A stretch of 64,000 nt of DNA from Octopus vulgaris (taxonomy: Eukaryota): contig OX597814.1 of assembly GCA_951406725.2 (NCBI GenBank), forward strand, positions 88,784,001-88,848,000. Direction: 5' to 3'. Position numbers and translations under genes: made by a program. The notes beneath the pieces were generated by a model. It saw only the letters and a program-made list of their open reading frames with translations, did not search any database and was not told the origin of the DNA. Shown here in pieces: positions 12,770-26,776 of this stretch (position 1 is its first letter; each line of letters opens with the position of its first letter).

Positions 12770-12804
<35 letters not shown>

Positions 12805-12958
12805 CCCTTTTACATACACACATGTAGTCACACAGAGTTGAAACGTTCCCATGCCAATTTGCCATCACCCCTTCCTTCTTTATTTATCTATCTATTTATC
12901 TTTCCTTTCTCATTCATATATTGTGACAGAGAAAAACACAAGAGTATTATTATAGTAG
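12468..12958 (-). mobile_element. Non-autonomous Helitron-like element
   Basis: The minus-strand 3' end has the hairpin CCGTCA-TTGT-TGACGG followed by ...GTTAG|T. Internal (CA)n repeats. Confidence 0.45.
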
Positions 12959-12962
12959 GCTA

Positions 12963-13020
<58 letters not shown>

Positions 13021-14160
13021 GTTATTATTATTATTATAATTATTAAGGTGGCAAACTAGCAGAATCGTTAGCACGCCAGACAAAATGCTTAGCGGCATTT
13101 CGTGTGTCTTTACGTTGTGAGTTCATATTCAGTGCTCTAACGGTACTTTTTTCATCGATCCTGAAAAGATGAAAGACAAAATCGACCTCGGCGGGATTTG
13201 AACTCAGAATATGAAAATGAGCAAAATGTATGTATGTCGGTGGGGTTGGGGAGTTATGGGTGTGCACGAATACGCGTATGCTACATTAGTAGTTTCAAAT
13301 ACAAAACATATACCCTACCAATCTGTCTCTAAAACATACAAGATAATGAAGTTAGAATAATACAGGATAATCACGGGTGGAACGCTAGGCAAACTGATCT
13401 ATATGCACATCAATTGTGGGTTATGGGAGGAGTATTTTGTGAGCCAAAATAATTCAGCACTACGGTGTAGATTATATAATATACGTTACATAAATATGTA
13501 TTATATAAACGGAATCGCAAATACAAGCAAGACACGACTAGACTAGCAACATAAATATACATACCGCTTTCACACACCATGCTTCACTAAGCGCTCCACA
13601 AGGCGACGTGCTTCAGCTACAACATCTCAACACAATCCAAAGTGACATTATTAGGGAAATATTTCAATGCACACCACACAACACATTTTCGTATAAAAAT
13701 TAATCAGTTCATACAGGCAAGATGAGACATATACACATATACACATACCTTTACAGCATATACAGATATCTTTACAAATCCATCTACAATTACAAATAAA
13801 ACTTTCTCTTCTGCATACTTATCGACTACCTACCTACCAATATCACAATACATTCACGTATTAAACACATAAGTATGAGTTGATGAAGGCTCCCCTAAGT
13901 GATTGCTATATCTGCTAAGAATAGTAGTCAAATCTCTTCCAAATGAGCGTCTTAAAAATGCATGACACATTAGTACGGCAGGCAAAAATTTCCAAAGAAA
14001 AAGGTCTGTGGGTGGATTAGAAATCCTAACTCTTATATCTGTGTAAATCTTGTATATATCTATGTATAATTCGAGATACATTAATAAAGATAAGTTAAAG
14101 ACATTAAATTAACACGTAACATCTTCATTAACACCACCACTGAATTTAAAACGTTAATAT

Positions 14161-14393
14161 TTATTTCTTTATTGCCCACAGGGGGCTAAACACAGAGGGG
14201 ACAAATAAGGACAGGCAAAGAGATTAAGTTGATTACATCGACCTTTGTGTGTAACTGGTACTTATTTAATAAACCCCGAAAGAAAAAAAAGGCGAAGTCG
14301 ACCTCGGCGGAATTTGAACTCAGAACGTAACGGCAGATGAAATACGGCTACGCATTTTGCCCGGCGTGCTAACGTTTCTGCCAGCTCGCCGCC
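14161..14393 (-). mobile_element. S1 SINE with the GCCCC..GTGGGCAATAAAGAAATAA tail
   Basis: Full-length reverse-complement copy, very similar to 38661-38892. Confidence 0.85.
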
Positions 14394-14819
14394 CTTTAGG
14401 ACATTTATATTACTGATGAGGTAGTCAATATTTTTCAGCTAGAGTGTAGTTGGGTCTCAAGGGGGTGGTACAAACCTAGCATCATGTGTTTTATAGTGAA
14501 AACAAAATCTCCATTCAAATGGCAATTACTGGACGATTTTCTGATGGAGTCTGTTTTAAGTCGTAGTGGAAACGCGACTTATGTCGTAAATAGGGCATAC
14601 GAATATTGTATAAATTTTATAATTGAAAAATTACTATATATTGTACATATAAGTATACCAGACTGCAAGCGCAATTGCACCCGCGGGCGAGAGTTTCCCC
14701 ACCCCTGCATTACATAATGTAGTCATATTTTCATTGTGAATGAAAAATGACGGGATAGTTGTGACAGAACTACCTTTGATCATGGTCTGCTCGATCGGGG
14801 ATCTTCTAAGGGATAAACA

Positions 14820-16060
14820 GAAACAAATAAACGAATGAAAACATTCTCAAAGTTCAAAATATCCCAGTGGAATTACATCTACTGAGAGAAAATTGTGACT
14901 AGCAAATTCTACCAGCATAACATTCACTAGACCACTAATTGTAGGACATTCATATATTCAACAAAGTAATAGCTGATGCTTTAAAAACCATGTCCATAGT
15001 CAACTCAATAAAACCAGAGATCACTTCAGATGCGATCCTGAAATGCCATGCAACAAGAAATAAAATTCAGCTTAGGGCAACCAAACAAGGAAGTTACGAA
15101 GCAACAAAGAAAGTAAAAATAAAGAATGCTAAATATTTAGTATCTAACACCAACCGACAAAATAGACAGTAAAAGCTATATGAAGTCATTAGCAGCATAA
15201 ACAAGTGTAACAGGCACGCCACATTCCATGTCAAAATAACTTCAAGTTTTAAAGTTACACACCACATGCAGGCAAAGTCGCTTATCAAACACTTTTCCTT
15301 CCATCAAATACCGGAAAAGCAATAGAGATTTTAAAAATTATATATATACAAAATAAAAACTTTTAGTGACAAAATCTCAAACACCTAAAACACTTAAGGA
15401 GCTGAAGAAATGAGTGCATATGTCTTCAATATCACAATGTAGAAACAATGGGAGCCTCTACACAGTCATTTGTTCTGTTGTAAATATCAAACAAATACCC
15501 ATCAAATTGCACGCTATTGTTTTTTTTAAAAAGAGAACACATTTGAGAATGTAGTAGAGATACAAAAAGATGAGACTGTCACGGATGGAATAACTTTGAT
15601 CATAAATGTATTCGTTCAGAGCTAAACAGCAACAACAATACCACACTGCAAAAAGTTGGAATTTTGGGAATATAAAAATTCCGAATCAATCAGCATCACC
15701 CAAACCCATTTCATTTCTTGACACTCCTTCAAAAATGCTTAAAAGACACATTGTTGCACTCCTCTTTCCAGCTCGCAACATACGTTTACATTATAACTCA
15801 TATTGCCCCACATAGGCAACATAAGACTTTGTCCCACGAATCATTTGATTCTATTCCTCACCACCTACTTAAACACAATATAATCATCCTTTTTTTTAAG
15901 AAACGACACAAAAACTGCTAGACATCTTACCTCTCAGGTCGGAAAGTCAGTCTCATGCACAAGAATGATATATCCAGTACTGAAACTTCTCAACATCTAT
16001 TCTTTTTACTTATGCTCACATTTCCACAGTCATATCCTCTCAAGCATCTTTGAACAACAG
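14820..16060 (+). mobile_element. Highly decayed LINE ORF2 fragment
   Basis: A-rich coding-like sense strand with many stops and weak RT-proximal motif remnants near 15940-16050. The clade cannot be assigned. Confidence 0.35.
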
Positions 16061-17769
16061 CTCCTACACGTATCAAATATCTAGAGCCAAAAAGTATGCT
16101 TTTACCCAGATGTTCGACTTGCTAGAAATAGCAGCCAAATCACCCTCAAATCGCACCTTAACGTCTTGAAAAAAAGGATATACCAAATAGTGTGTTCCTG
16201 AGTCCACTGCACACGGAAAAAAGACGGGACGGTCACTGTTGGAATGCTTTTAAGTCTGCTTATTTAGTGCTGACGTAGACCTAAACAACAACCATGGGCC
16301 TATATGAGATCGTTCGAACTACTAGAATTAACGACTAAATCTTTCTCAAATCCTATCCTACAAACTTCAACTAAAAAACAAAACAAGAAAACTAGTATAC
16401 AAACAGTATTTTAGATTGATGACATGTTACATATTAAATTGATGACTTGTCCGAGTAGACGGAATGGTCCTCAACCAGACTGAAGCATGACGTATATAGA
16501 ACAATATATTATGTAAGTGAAATAGGTCTGATCGCTCTGAGTTATAAGAACAACAAGGAAAACTTTTGATAAACTTTTCAAATCCCCCCTTGAACTGTAG
16601 AAAATGTTTGAGTCTATCTTATTGATTTCATCTTTTCCCAGTATTTCAAATTAGTGTGGATTTTTTTTTTTTTCACATCTTTTGCATCATAATTTCTGTA
16701 ATGTATACCCGAAGGGGTTTCTAATCTGAGTAATATGTTTTACGTATATTTGCCGCCTCTCTAATTGACGGCTGTGAATTCCTACTCATTGTTCTTTTTT
16801 AGAGAATTCCATCACTTAGAAATAATTACATAAGCAATTTCTTACATAACCTTTTTCACCATTGTCTATTGGTGAAATTCAGGAAATAAACCTTTAAGCA
16901 TCAGGTGGTTCTATTAATTTTATTCGGAACACAGGTGTCCAAACTGTATTTGCGTTACCCGAAGAATAGTTAGAGTTTTAAAAAAAAAATTGAGATACTG
17001 TGTCAATTCGCCATAGTAATTTAGGCAAAACACTCACATTTGCAAGACAGCTGACTTCTACTACAAAGCAGTATTTTTGTTCGCTTTGTATGTACGTGTG
17101 TATGTGCGTATGAATATAGGGAACGTTGTCCCCCACCGTTAAATGACATCAGACAACTCAGCGAAAATAGAATCAACATTAGGCCAACATAAAACCTTGA
17201 ATCCCTAACTCATTCATTAGACTACACAGACATTTTTTTTAGACAAACTGATGCACCTGTAAAAAGACATTTTCCCACATTCACGACGGATTAAATATAT
17301 TTTGAAAAAACTTTAATTAGCAAACCTGTTTAAAAAATTTGCACGTGCCTTAGCTGTTCTCTAGTTTATTTCACACGACAATTGTAAATGTTGTTTATTT
17401 CTTCTTTAGTTCAAACAGGTCGCAGTACTTTTAATATATCCCCGTTCTTTTCCTCGTCGATAAATCACAAACATCAGATTTAATTAACGCATTATATAAA
17501 TGTAGCATACAAAACAAGCAAATTTTCTAACAACTTTTTGCACAATTTTGTAACTAAATTTATATTTGTTTCTCAAACCTGGGCCATGCGCTGCCTGGTC
17601 ACATGAATGAATCACAAGCTTCAGAAAACAATAATAAAACAAATTATTAACATTGTGACTTTTGGCTATTAGAGACGCAAGAGAAACACTTCTTGCTAGT
17701 AACCAAAACTGAGTTTGGGTTTCGATCAGACATGAATTTATTTGTACTCAGTGGTTCTTATACTCATTT

Positions 17770-17977
17770 TTACTATAGGCGCAAATGCTGAAATTTTGGG
17801 TGTGGTGACTAGTTGATTACATTGACCCCACTGCTCAGCTGATACTTACTTTATTGACCGCGAAAATATGAAAGACAAAGTCGATCACGGGGACATTCGA
17901 ATTCAGAGCGTAAAGCGGAAGAAATGCCGCTCAGCATTTAGTCCAGCGTGCTAACGTTTCTGCCAGTTCGTTGCTTT
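17770..17977 (-). mobile_element. S1 SINE, diverged
   Basis: Reverse-complement similarity to S1 (GCTAACGTTTCTGCCAG; GACAAAGTCGA). Confidence 0.7.
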
Positions 17978-19799
17978 TATGTTTGAGAAATAAGATATCA
18001 TTTGCTATCATCTCGTTTCATTTCATCACATCTTCATAGAATAATAATGAAATCCGTGTATATCCCCAAAAGTAAGGAGCAGAGCTTTCACTATCCATAT
18101 TATATGCAAGTCGTTTGAAATAGTTGAATTTGTATTGCATTTATCATTAGGATTGTACAATTTAGGGAAGGAGCATAGCCGCTTGCGTTAATCCCCAAAT
18201 ATAAATAGTACTTTTTTATTGACCCTAGAAGGGTGTAAAAGAAACTCGACTCTATTGGGTTTTGGACCCATAGAGAAGAATAGTGCAGGATATTTAATCC
18301 TGCACCACTTCAGTGCCTACCCTAATTATAATCACGCTAATCCTCATCATAATAAACATGATCATTAGTTAGGAGTTGTGCTCCAGAACTAGCGCGTGAC
18401 TCACAATCATCAAGTAGAAAATAAAATTAACAAATCTGTTTTTCTTTTCGTCAATTTTCAGTCAAACTTAAAATGTCTTATTTTCTTCTATTAAAAGCAA
18501 ATTATGGATAATTCTATAAGATTCAAAGAGCGCCATGCTAGAGGGGAATGGTCAGATTAGAAGTCATCGAAAGCCCAGACAAGATTAACAGATATTTGAA
18601 ATAATGAGAAAATACTGAAACAGCGAATGGAAAAGTAAAGTACAGAATTATGTTACGGCTATCATTGGCTGTTTATGCTATAACTTTAACTGAATCTTAT
18701 TGCTAGAGTAGACCCAATTCCTCAAATGTAAGCATTTCTTTGCTTATACACAGAAGGGTTTCACTTGCACTTAAGTTACCGAAATTTTGCTTTTGTATTT
18801 GTTTTGCAAGATTCTTGATGAGAAATGCGAAGTCGACCTCCGTATTTTACTCAACCAGATTATTAGACTACCAGAAAGAATACATCCTATTAAAGAGGAG
18901 AATCCTTCTCTTTCGTGAAGGGGAATTTTGGTCTAGGTGAACCATGTTTGGCGAGTTCGGTGTAATTATGGGGTTCTCGGACATCACGTAGATCACAACG
19001 TTGGAGTGTTGAAGTGTTTATGCATTACAAAGTCAAGGGGAACTTCTTTCACTTCGGAAGTGGACGACATTGGAGTGACACTCTATTTACAGACTCTGAA
19101 TTTCACCATCTGAACTCGAGAGACGGAGGAAAGGCTGTCGGGTCAAACTTTCTCCCTAGTTGCCCGAGGGGTTTTCTATGTCCACCAGTTCTCATCTTTT
19201 TTTGTCCATCACTGTAGAAGCCGTGCTGTAACCCTACTTTTAAATTTTCATTTTCTTTTGTTTTAGTCAGAGTTATATATGCGTGTGTGAGGGTGAGAGA
19301 AGGGAGATAGATAGATGGATACATAGATAGATAGTTACGTGTGTGTGTGTGTGTATCTATGTGTGCCTTTGTGTCTTTGTGTCTGTGCTTACCACTCATT
19401 ACCGCTGGACAACCTACGTTGGTTTGTTTACGTCCCCGTAACTTTAGCGGTTCGGTAAAAAAAAAACAGACCGACGGAATACGTAATAAACTTTTAAAAA
19501 ATAGGTACTGGGGGTTATTTGTTCGACTAAACCCTTCAAAGCAGAGCCCCAGCATGGCCGCAGTCCAATGAATGAAACGGGTGGGTGATAAAAGATGATT
19601 GGAAAGGATCACTCTCCATTGATAAAATTGTATGTGTGTGTGTGCGTACGCGTATTTGTGTATGTATGTGAATTTGCATAATTTTAAATTTACTCATTTA
19701 TACGTGTGCCCGAGTGCGTGTTTCTGTCTGGGTACTGTGCGAGTGCGTGTGTTTAAATCAATACAGAGAACGTAGTTTACGCTCACACACAAACAAACA

Positions 19800-20140
19800 A
19801 ACAGCTGCACGGGAGCGTATTTGCCGAGATAACTTGAGGTCAAGCGAATATTCAGCAATAGTTGATCTTCATAAAATAGACTGTATGAATTGCACTTGAA
19901 AAACAACTGATTGGAAAATTATCAAGTCAACAGGTTATGTCTAATTATGTTTTACACGTGGATCTCATACACACAGATCCACGTACAAACATACTCCAAC
20001 ATAACCTGTTAACTTGATAATTGTCCAATCAGTTGTTTTTCAAGTGCAATTCATACAGTCTAGTTTATGATCAACTATTGTTGAATATTTGCTTGACCTC
20101 AAGTTATCTCGGCAAATACTCATGCACATGTGCAACTGTT
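19800..20140. mobile_element. Long-TIR MITE / fold-back element
   Basis: ~140-bp imperfect inverted arms (TTGCCGAGATAACTTGAGGTCAAGC...CAGGTTATGT / ACATAACCTG...GCTTGACCTCAAGTTATCTCGGCAA) around a ~60-bp spacer. Confidence 0.8.
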
Positions 20141-20185
20141 TGTGTGTGGCGGGCATATGGCGTAGTGATCATAATAATAATGATG

Positions 20186-20240
<55 letters not shown>

Positions 20241-20297
20241 CAACAACATCGAAAAATACCTTAGGAATGAGAACCCAGATTCGAAAATTCCCCCAGG

Positions 20298-20333
20298 ACA
20301 CCTGATGAAGGCTGAAGGGTCTATCAGCCGAAA
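20298..20333 (+). ncRNA. Truncated hammerhead ribozyme motif
   Basis: CTGATGA-A-GGCTGA(8 nt)TCAGCC-GAAA is present, but stem III and the stem I 3' strand are missing. It lies in a short element following (AAT)n. Confidence 0.5.
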
Positions 20334-20659
20334 AGATGAGGACAAAACCAGTCAAAATGTAAATAATGTAAATAACCACCGCTACCTATTTTTTAAGGTT
20401 TACTGCGTATTCCATCGGTCTGTTTTTTTTTGCCGAACTGCTAAGTGATGAGGACGTAAACACACCAGCATCGGTTATCAAGAAGTATTTTTTTACTTCT
20501 ATTTTTTAGCGATATAGGTACTCATGTAGTACCTTTGTATATATATATGTACATATCTAATATTGTATGTATATATTTTATTAATTTGCCTGTACGGCTG
20601 ATAATTCGCTTACCACTCGTGATGGAATTTTAATGATACCATCCCTACATATATATATA

Positions 20660-21207
20660 AAGAGAAGCTACACAAAGAAAATCGTCTCAATGCAAAATAT
20701 CAGCTACTGGGAAAGACTGAAGGTATTAAACCTCTTCTCCCTAGAGCGGCGGCGGGAGAGATATGCGGTGATATACATCTGGAAAATCCTGGAGGGTCTT
20801 GTCCCAAACTTTGGCATTCAAAGTTACTCCAACCGCAGAACGGGGCGCCACTGCATGGTGCCAAGGATTCCAACATCACCATCAAAATACAGGTCCAGAT
20901 ACTGCAACAGCTTGGGTTTCAGAGGACCACAGCTCTTTAACATCCTCCCTAAATGCCTGAGAGACTTACATGGTGTGGATGTGGGTTTCTTTAAAACTAA
21001 ACTGGATCTCTTCTTGTCGGGGGTCCCAGATGAGCCTACCTCACGACAGGAGACGCGGATGCGGGCAGCAGCATCGAACTCCCTTGTTGATCAAGTGCCA
21101 CGTATCAGAGGTGGATTCACAAATTAGTGTAGCTCATTCAGAGGTGGTGCCCCAGCATGGCCGCGGCCTTCGGGCTAAAACATTTTTAAGGATTTAAGGA
21201 TTTAAGG
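20660..21207 (+). mobile_element. 5'-truncated CR1-group LINE 3' end
   Basis: ORF SYWERLKVLNLFSLERRRERYAVIYIWKILEGLVPN...FKTKLDLFL is the typical CR1-group ORF2 C-terminus. 3' stem-loop and (TTTAAGGA)n tail. Inserted in (TA)n. Confidence 0.85.
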
Positions 21208-22055
21208 ATATATATATATATATATATCCTGATGAAACTTATTAAAAGTAATGTTATATAAGATGAATTGTTCTAATAAGTCATGACTAAATATATATAA
21301 AAAATATAGGAAAAGTGAACCACAAAACTATAAAGCTGTAAGTCAGTACAAGACGAATTATAAATCTGTCAGTGACGTCAATGAAAAGTCCATGTGCTTA
21401 GTGAAGCAGAGTAAAATTGTCAATGGAATAGAATGTTTCACTAAAAAAAAGCTTAAGCCCACCAGTAGACTATTTAACTCTGCCAGAACAGAAAAATGAT
21501 ATACTAAACAACGTAAGCAACACATATTTCTTCTTAGTCTACACCAGATCACTCGTGGATGTCGACGTTGAGGAAATTTCTCTTGGCTGAGTGAAATGAC
21601 ATTGTGCGTACCAACTCTTGATACAGAGCACAGTTTTGTGTCCCGCATCAGTTCACGGATGGACGTCATGAGGGCCCAATGAAAGTAAATAAGCTCACAG
21701 TCACAAACGCACGCATACATCATCATGCATAGGGACTAACACAAATGTTTTCTTTATCCCTACACTTTTTAATTAGTTTAAGTGAATGGTTTTAGTCTAT
21801 ACTGGGACACCACATTCAATGCATTTTAATTGATTGATTATATTGGTTCCAGTATTTATTTCAATGTGATAACATTTTATCGTTTTCTGTTTGTCGGACT
21901 ATCTTTTTTTTTTACTGGTTTTAGTCAATTGACTACGGCCATGCTGGAGCACAGCCTTGAATGGCATTTAGTCGAACAAATCGACCCAGGGACTTTTTTT
22001 AAGGCTGCTACTTATTCTACAGGTCTCGTTTGTCGAACTACTAAGTTACGGGGGC

Positions 22056-22056
<1 letters not shown>

Positions 22057-22089
<33 letters not shown>

Positions 22090-22337
22090 TTGTATATGTG
22101 TGTGTGTATATGTATGTGTGCGCGTGTGTGTGTATGTATGTGTATGTATACTTGTATATGTATATGCATGAATGTATATATATGTGTGTGTATATGTGTA
22201 TTATGTATGTATTTATATAGATATGTAGTTTATATGTTTATATATATATATGTATGTATATGCATCTGTCTGTGTGTGTGTATGTGTATATATGTGTATC
22301 ATTTTTGCGTATGTATACATGTATATGTGTATATGTA

Positions 22338-22368
<31 letters not shown>

Positions 22369-22573
22369 GTGTATATATATGTATATATATATGTATGCAT
22401 ACGTATGTGTATGTACATGTATATATGTATGTGTGTATATGTATATATGTTTATATATGTGAGTATGTAGTGATATAAGCATATGCATGTGTATGTATGG
22501 GTATGTGTATCAGTGTATATGTATATATGTATGTGTGTGTGTATGTATATGTATGTATATGTGTATATATGTA

Positions 22574-22616
<43 letters not shown>

Positions 22617-22675
22617 ATATGTGTGTATGTATGTGTATGTGTATGTATGTGTATATATATCTATGTATGTATGTA

Positions 22676-22719
<44 letters not shown>

Positions 22720-22999
22720 TGCGTGTGTGTATGTATGCATATATGTATGTATGCATGTATATGTGTATGTATATATATGTGTGTAAGTGTGTGCATATAT
22801 GTATTTGTAAGCATGTGTGCGCGTATGAGTATGTATGTATGCTTGCACACGTGTATATATATGTGTGTGTGTATATATATGGATGCGCGTGCGTGTGTGC
22901 ACGTGTATGGGTACGCATGTATATGTGTATGTGCGTGTATGCGTATACGTGTATGTATGTATGTGTGTGCGTAGATTTGTATATGTATGTGTGAGTGTG

Positions 23000-23031
<32 letters not shown>

Positions 23032-23211
23032 TATAGATGGGTGTGTGTATGCGTATAAATGCATGTAAGTATGGATGTATGGATGTATGTATGTATGTAT
23101 ACGTATGTATGTGTGTATGTGTGTATGTATATATATGTGTGTGTATATATGTTTGTGTATGTATATATATGTGTATGTATGTGTGTGTATATGTATGTGT
23201 GTATGTGTATG

Positions 23212-23269
<58 letters not shown>

Positions 23270-24139
23270 TATGTATCTGTATGTAGGAGTATATATGTGT
23301 GTGTGTGTATGTATATGCGGGTATATATATATATATGTATATTTATTGGTGTATATGTATAGACTAGCCTCCTAAAGTGTAGACACGAATCTGTAGGTAC
23401 GAGTACGTATGTGTATATACGTGAACGTATGTAGATGTTTGTATGTATGAATATAACGCGTGCGTACGTGTATGTGTATGAGTGTACGAATGGGTGAATG
23501 TACGTGCTAATGAGTGTGCGTGCGGGATTGAGTACTTGCCTTCTAGTAGACAGACAAATGGACATGCAGCCATTGCCAGGATTCTTAGCCCTAGCGATCA
23601 AAGATAACAAAAGTAATAAATGAAGATAATAAAATTAAAATTAGGGAATGGGCCTGTATTGGATTGTATATATATATATGTATATGTATATTTGTATGTA
23701 TGTATGTGTGTATGTGTAGGTATGTATAGGTACACATGTGTATGTGTATGTGTATGTATATATGTGTGTATGTATGTATGTGCACACATGTATATATATG
23801 TATGCGTGTATATGTTTATATATATATATGTGTACATAGGTGTATGTGGGTGTATGTATATATAGGTGTAAATATGTGTATATAGGGAACTAGGTGTGTT
23901 GTGTGTGCATGAGTGTATGTGCGTATGAATATATATTTTTATGTGTATATACGTATGTGTGGTCGTGGGTATATATATATATATATATATACATGTGTGT
24001 ATGCGTGCATGCATGGGAGTGAGTGTATGCATATATACGTGTGTGTATGTGTAGACAGGTATAGGCATGTGCATGTGTATAAATTTGTATATGTGGGCGG
24101 GTGTATGTATGTGTGTATGTAGATATGTATGTATGTGTG

Positions 24140-24196
<57 letters not shown>

Positions 24197-24240
24197 ATAT
24201 ATATGTGTATGTATGTATGTGTGTGTAGATACGTATACAT
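22057..24240. repeat. ~2.2-kb compound (TA)/(TG)/(TATG) microsatellite field
   Basis: Direct reading. A short unique island lies at ~23360-23665. Confidence 0.95.
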
Positions 24241-24596
24241 GTGAGTATAGGTATAAGTGAGAATCTCCTTATTTACCTATAACTCTATCCCCCCTTTTTT
24301 TTTTTTTTATATATATATTTTTTTATATATATATATTTTATATATATATTTTTTATATATATTTTTTATATTTTTTATTTTTTTATTTTTTTATTTTATT
24401 TTTTTATTTTTTTATTGTTTATTTTTTTATTTTTTTATTTTTTTATTTATCTATTCTTTCATCTAACTTACCACTGACTCCTTGACCACTCCCCCAAGTA
24501 TGATATTTTGCGCTATGCCTACCCCCAAAAAGTCCCCCACCACCACTCCTTTAAACCTGCCTAAATGTATAAATGCTAATACAATTCTTGTTAAAT

Positions 24597-24647
24597 AGCT
24601 TCCTGAAGATTTCTCTTGAATGAAACAGTACTAGTCCTGTAGAAGCT
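24597..24647 (+). ncRNA. Minimal type I hammerhead ribozyme
   Basis: Stem I AGCTTC/GAAGCT; CTGAAGA (24603-24609); short stem II TTC/GAA with a U-U closing mismatch; GAAA (24622-24625); stem III ACAG...CTGT within the near-palindrome ACAGTACTAGTCCTGT. Predicted cleavage after GUA (24641). AATAAA follows at 24658-24663. Confidence 0.72.
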
Positions 24648-24730
24648 CCTTCTATATAATAAATTAATTTTACTCTGCTATGTATTGAGTACCTTACTTA
24701 CTGTGGTTAACCCCGAATCAACCCGGGACC

Positions 24731-24789
<59 letters not shown>

Positions 24790-24790
24790 G

Positions 24791-24840
<50 letters not shown>

Positions 24841-24842
<2 letters not shown>

Positions 24843-25152
24843 GAGGCGCAATGGCCCAGTCGTTAGAGCAGCGGACTCGCGGTCGTAGGATCGCGGTTTC
24901 GATTCCCAGACCGGGCGTTGTGAGTGTTTATTGAGTGAAAACACCTAAAGCTCCACGAGGCTCCGGCAGCGGGGGTGGCGATCCCTGCTGTACTCTTTCG
25001 CCACAACTTTCTCTCAATCTTTCTTCTGTTTGGCCAGCTCGCTTAGCCAGCGGGGTGGCGTCATTTGAAGGCTAAAAAACAATGCGAATCGCATTGTGAC
25101 CAGCGATGTGTAGCAACATCTGATAGCCTGGTCGGTCACGGTGATCACGGTG
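24841..25152 (+). mobile_element. tRNA-derived SINE, family S3
   Basis: tRNA-like head GGCGCAATGGCCCAGTCGTTAG...GGTTTCGATTCCC. Relatives at 29820-30131(-), 32095-32363(-) and 63415-63640(+). Confidence 0.8.
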
Positions 25153-25153
25153 A

Positions 25154-25185
<32 letters not shown>

Positions 25186-25413
25186 AAGCAGATCCACTCA
25201 CAAGGCTTTGGCAGGCCCGTGGCGACAAAGAAGACATTTGCAGGACATAAATAACAACATCAGCAATATATGTGCGTGTGTGATGAAGCCAATAAACAAT
25301 ACTGTGTTCAAGTTTTATCTCTTTCATCAAGGTTTTTTTCTACATATTTTTGTATGAGTTCTTTGTAATACGCTTGTAAGAATACAATTACGTAAAATAT
25401 CCTGTATACATAG

Positions 25414-26776
25414 CACAATGTAACACATGTTTTGTTTATTTGTATTTTTTAATGTTCATATATGCATTTTTTGCCACTAAATTCAAAAATCACATTCGTT
25501 TTGACGTAACATTCATAGTTATTTATTTATTCCTAATTTCATATTTGCTCATTATATTTGTAACTTTCCTCTACAGCACTTTGTTGGTTCAATCTATTCT
25601 AGTATAGTAAGGATAATTACACAACATTTAATACCTTTTCATATATTGAAAGGTATTTAGGAAGTATAATATTTGTTAGAACAAAAATGAAACAATAAAA
25701 CTTTGCACTGTAAATGCCTTGATAGCTCTTTTCTTAAGATGAGAAGTGCTTTGACGATCGAGATTTTCTGGTGTGTATACCTTCATCTCTTCTGACTAGA
25801 GACCATATATAATCTCCCATCATAGCAGTATCCCATCGTCCTTGGAATCTTCTTTCCATAGTTGCGATGTCCTGATGAAATCTCTCACCATGATCCTCAC
25901 TTCATGGCGCTTCCAGTACGCAGATGTCTTGCAGTCTTCCCCCAGTAGATTCCATTCCTTCAACCTTGATGAAAGAAGTTCAGCTCCTGACTTAGTAAGA
26001 CCCAGATCCCTGATTAAATCATCTAGCTCACTCTGATTTGGTAAGTGAGGCTCCGAAGTCGTTCTTGGTACGAAAGTTTCCTCCATTTCTTGGCTGCTGC
26101 TACTTGTTGACTCTTTGGATGAAATATTTTCTGGTGGTAGTGATACTCATAAACTGTCATCATGTGGGACAGCTGCTCTAGATGATTGTATGTCCGGATA
26201 CTGAAGAGCTTGTCTTCCTTTCACTTTTCTGTACTTTGTCACATCGATCATAGAAAAGTAACAGTCATCGTGATGGTTCTTTGGCTCTCTCTATACCCTT
26301 GGAATGGCAAAAGGCATTGACCTTCCTGTACCTCTTAACCACCCTTCTAGAGTAGATCGACAGCTTCCACATATCACATGTGGGGCCCATGGTTTGTCCT
26401 GGTCACCCATGGGCATTCCGAAATAGAGTCTGTACACTATCCATAATTTGGCACCTTTCATGATCTTATGTAATACCTGCTTTTTCCAATATAATAACCA
26501 CACACATAGAAAAATGTATCTGGAGAATTTTTACATATTCTAATAGCCATCCTGAAAGGAGCAGAACTTAGTAATTAGTCTGAAAGAGAAAATTAAACAT
26601 ACATTTAGTAAGGAACAATACCGAATATATAATAACATTGAAAGTCGACATATTTTTTTAACTGTTAATGATACAGAAAAAATAATTTCATTTTTGGCAT
26701 CAGCAGAAAAAATGGATTGATAAACAATAAAAAAAAATACAGCAAACATTTTTTTTCTGAAAATTGTTACGTTGTG
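25414..26776 (-). mobile_element. Internally deleted Chapaev3 (CMC superfamily) DNA transposon
   Basis: TIRs CACAATGTAACA / TGTTACGTTGTG, flanked by TAG/TAA. Transposase N-terminus from ATG 26550 (CKNSPD..YVCG; GDQDKPWAPHVICGSC; MPFAIPRV.REP..H.DDCYF; ELDDLIRDLGLTK..AELLSSRLKEWNLL) is joined directly to the C-terminal motif EDHGERFHQDIATMERRFQGRW. Family assignment is from recalled motifs. Confidence 0.75.
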
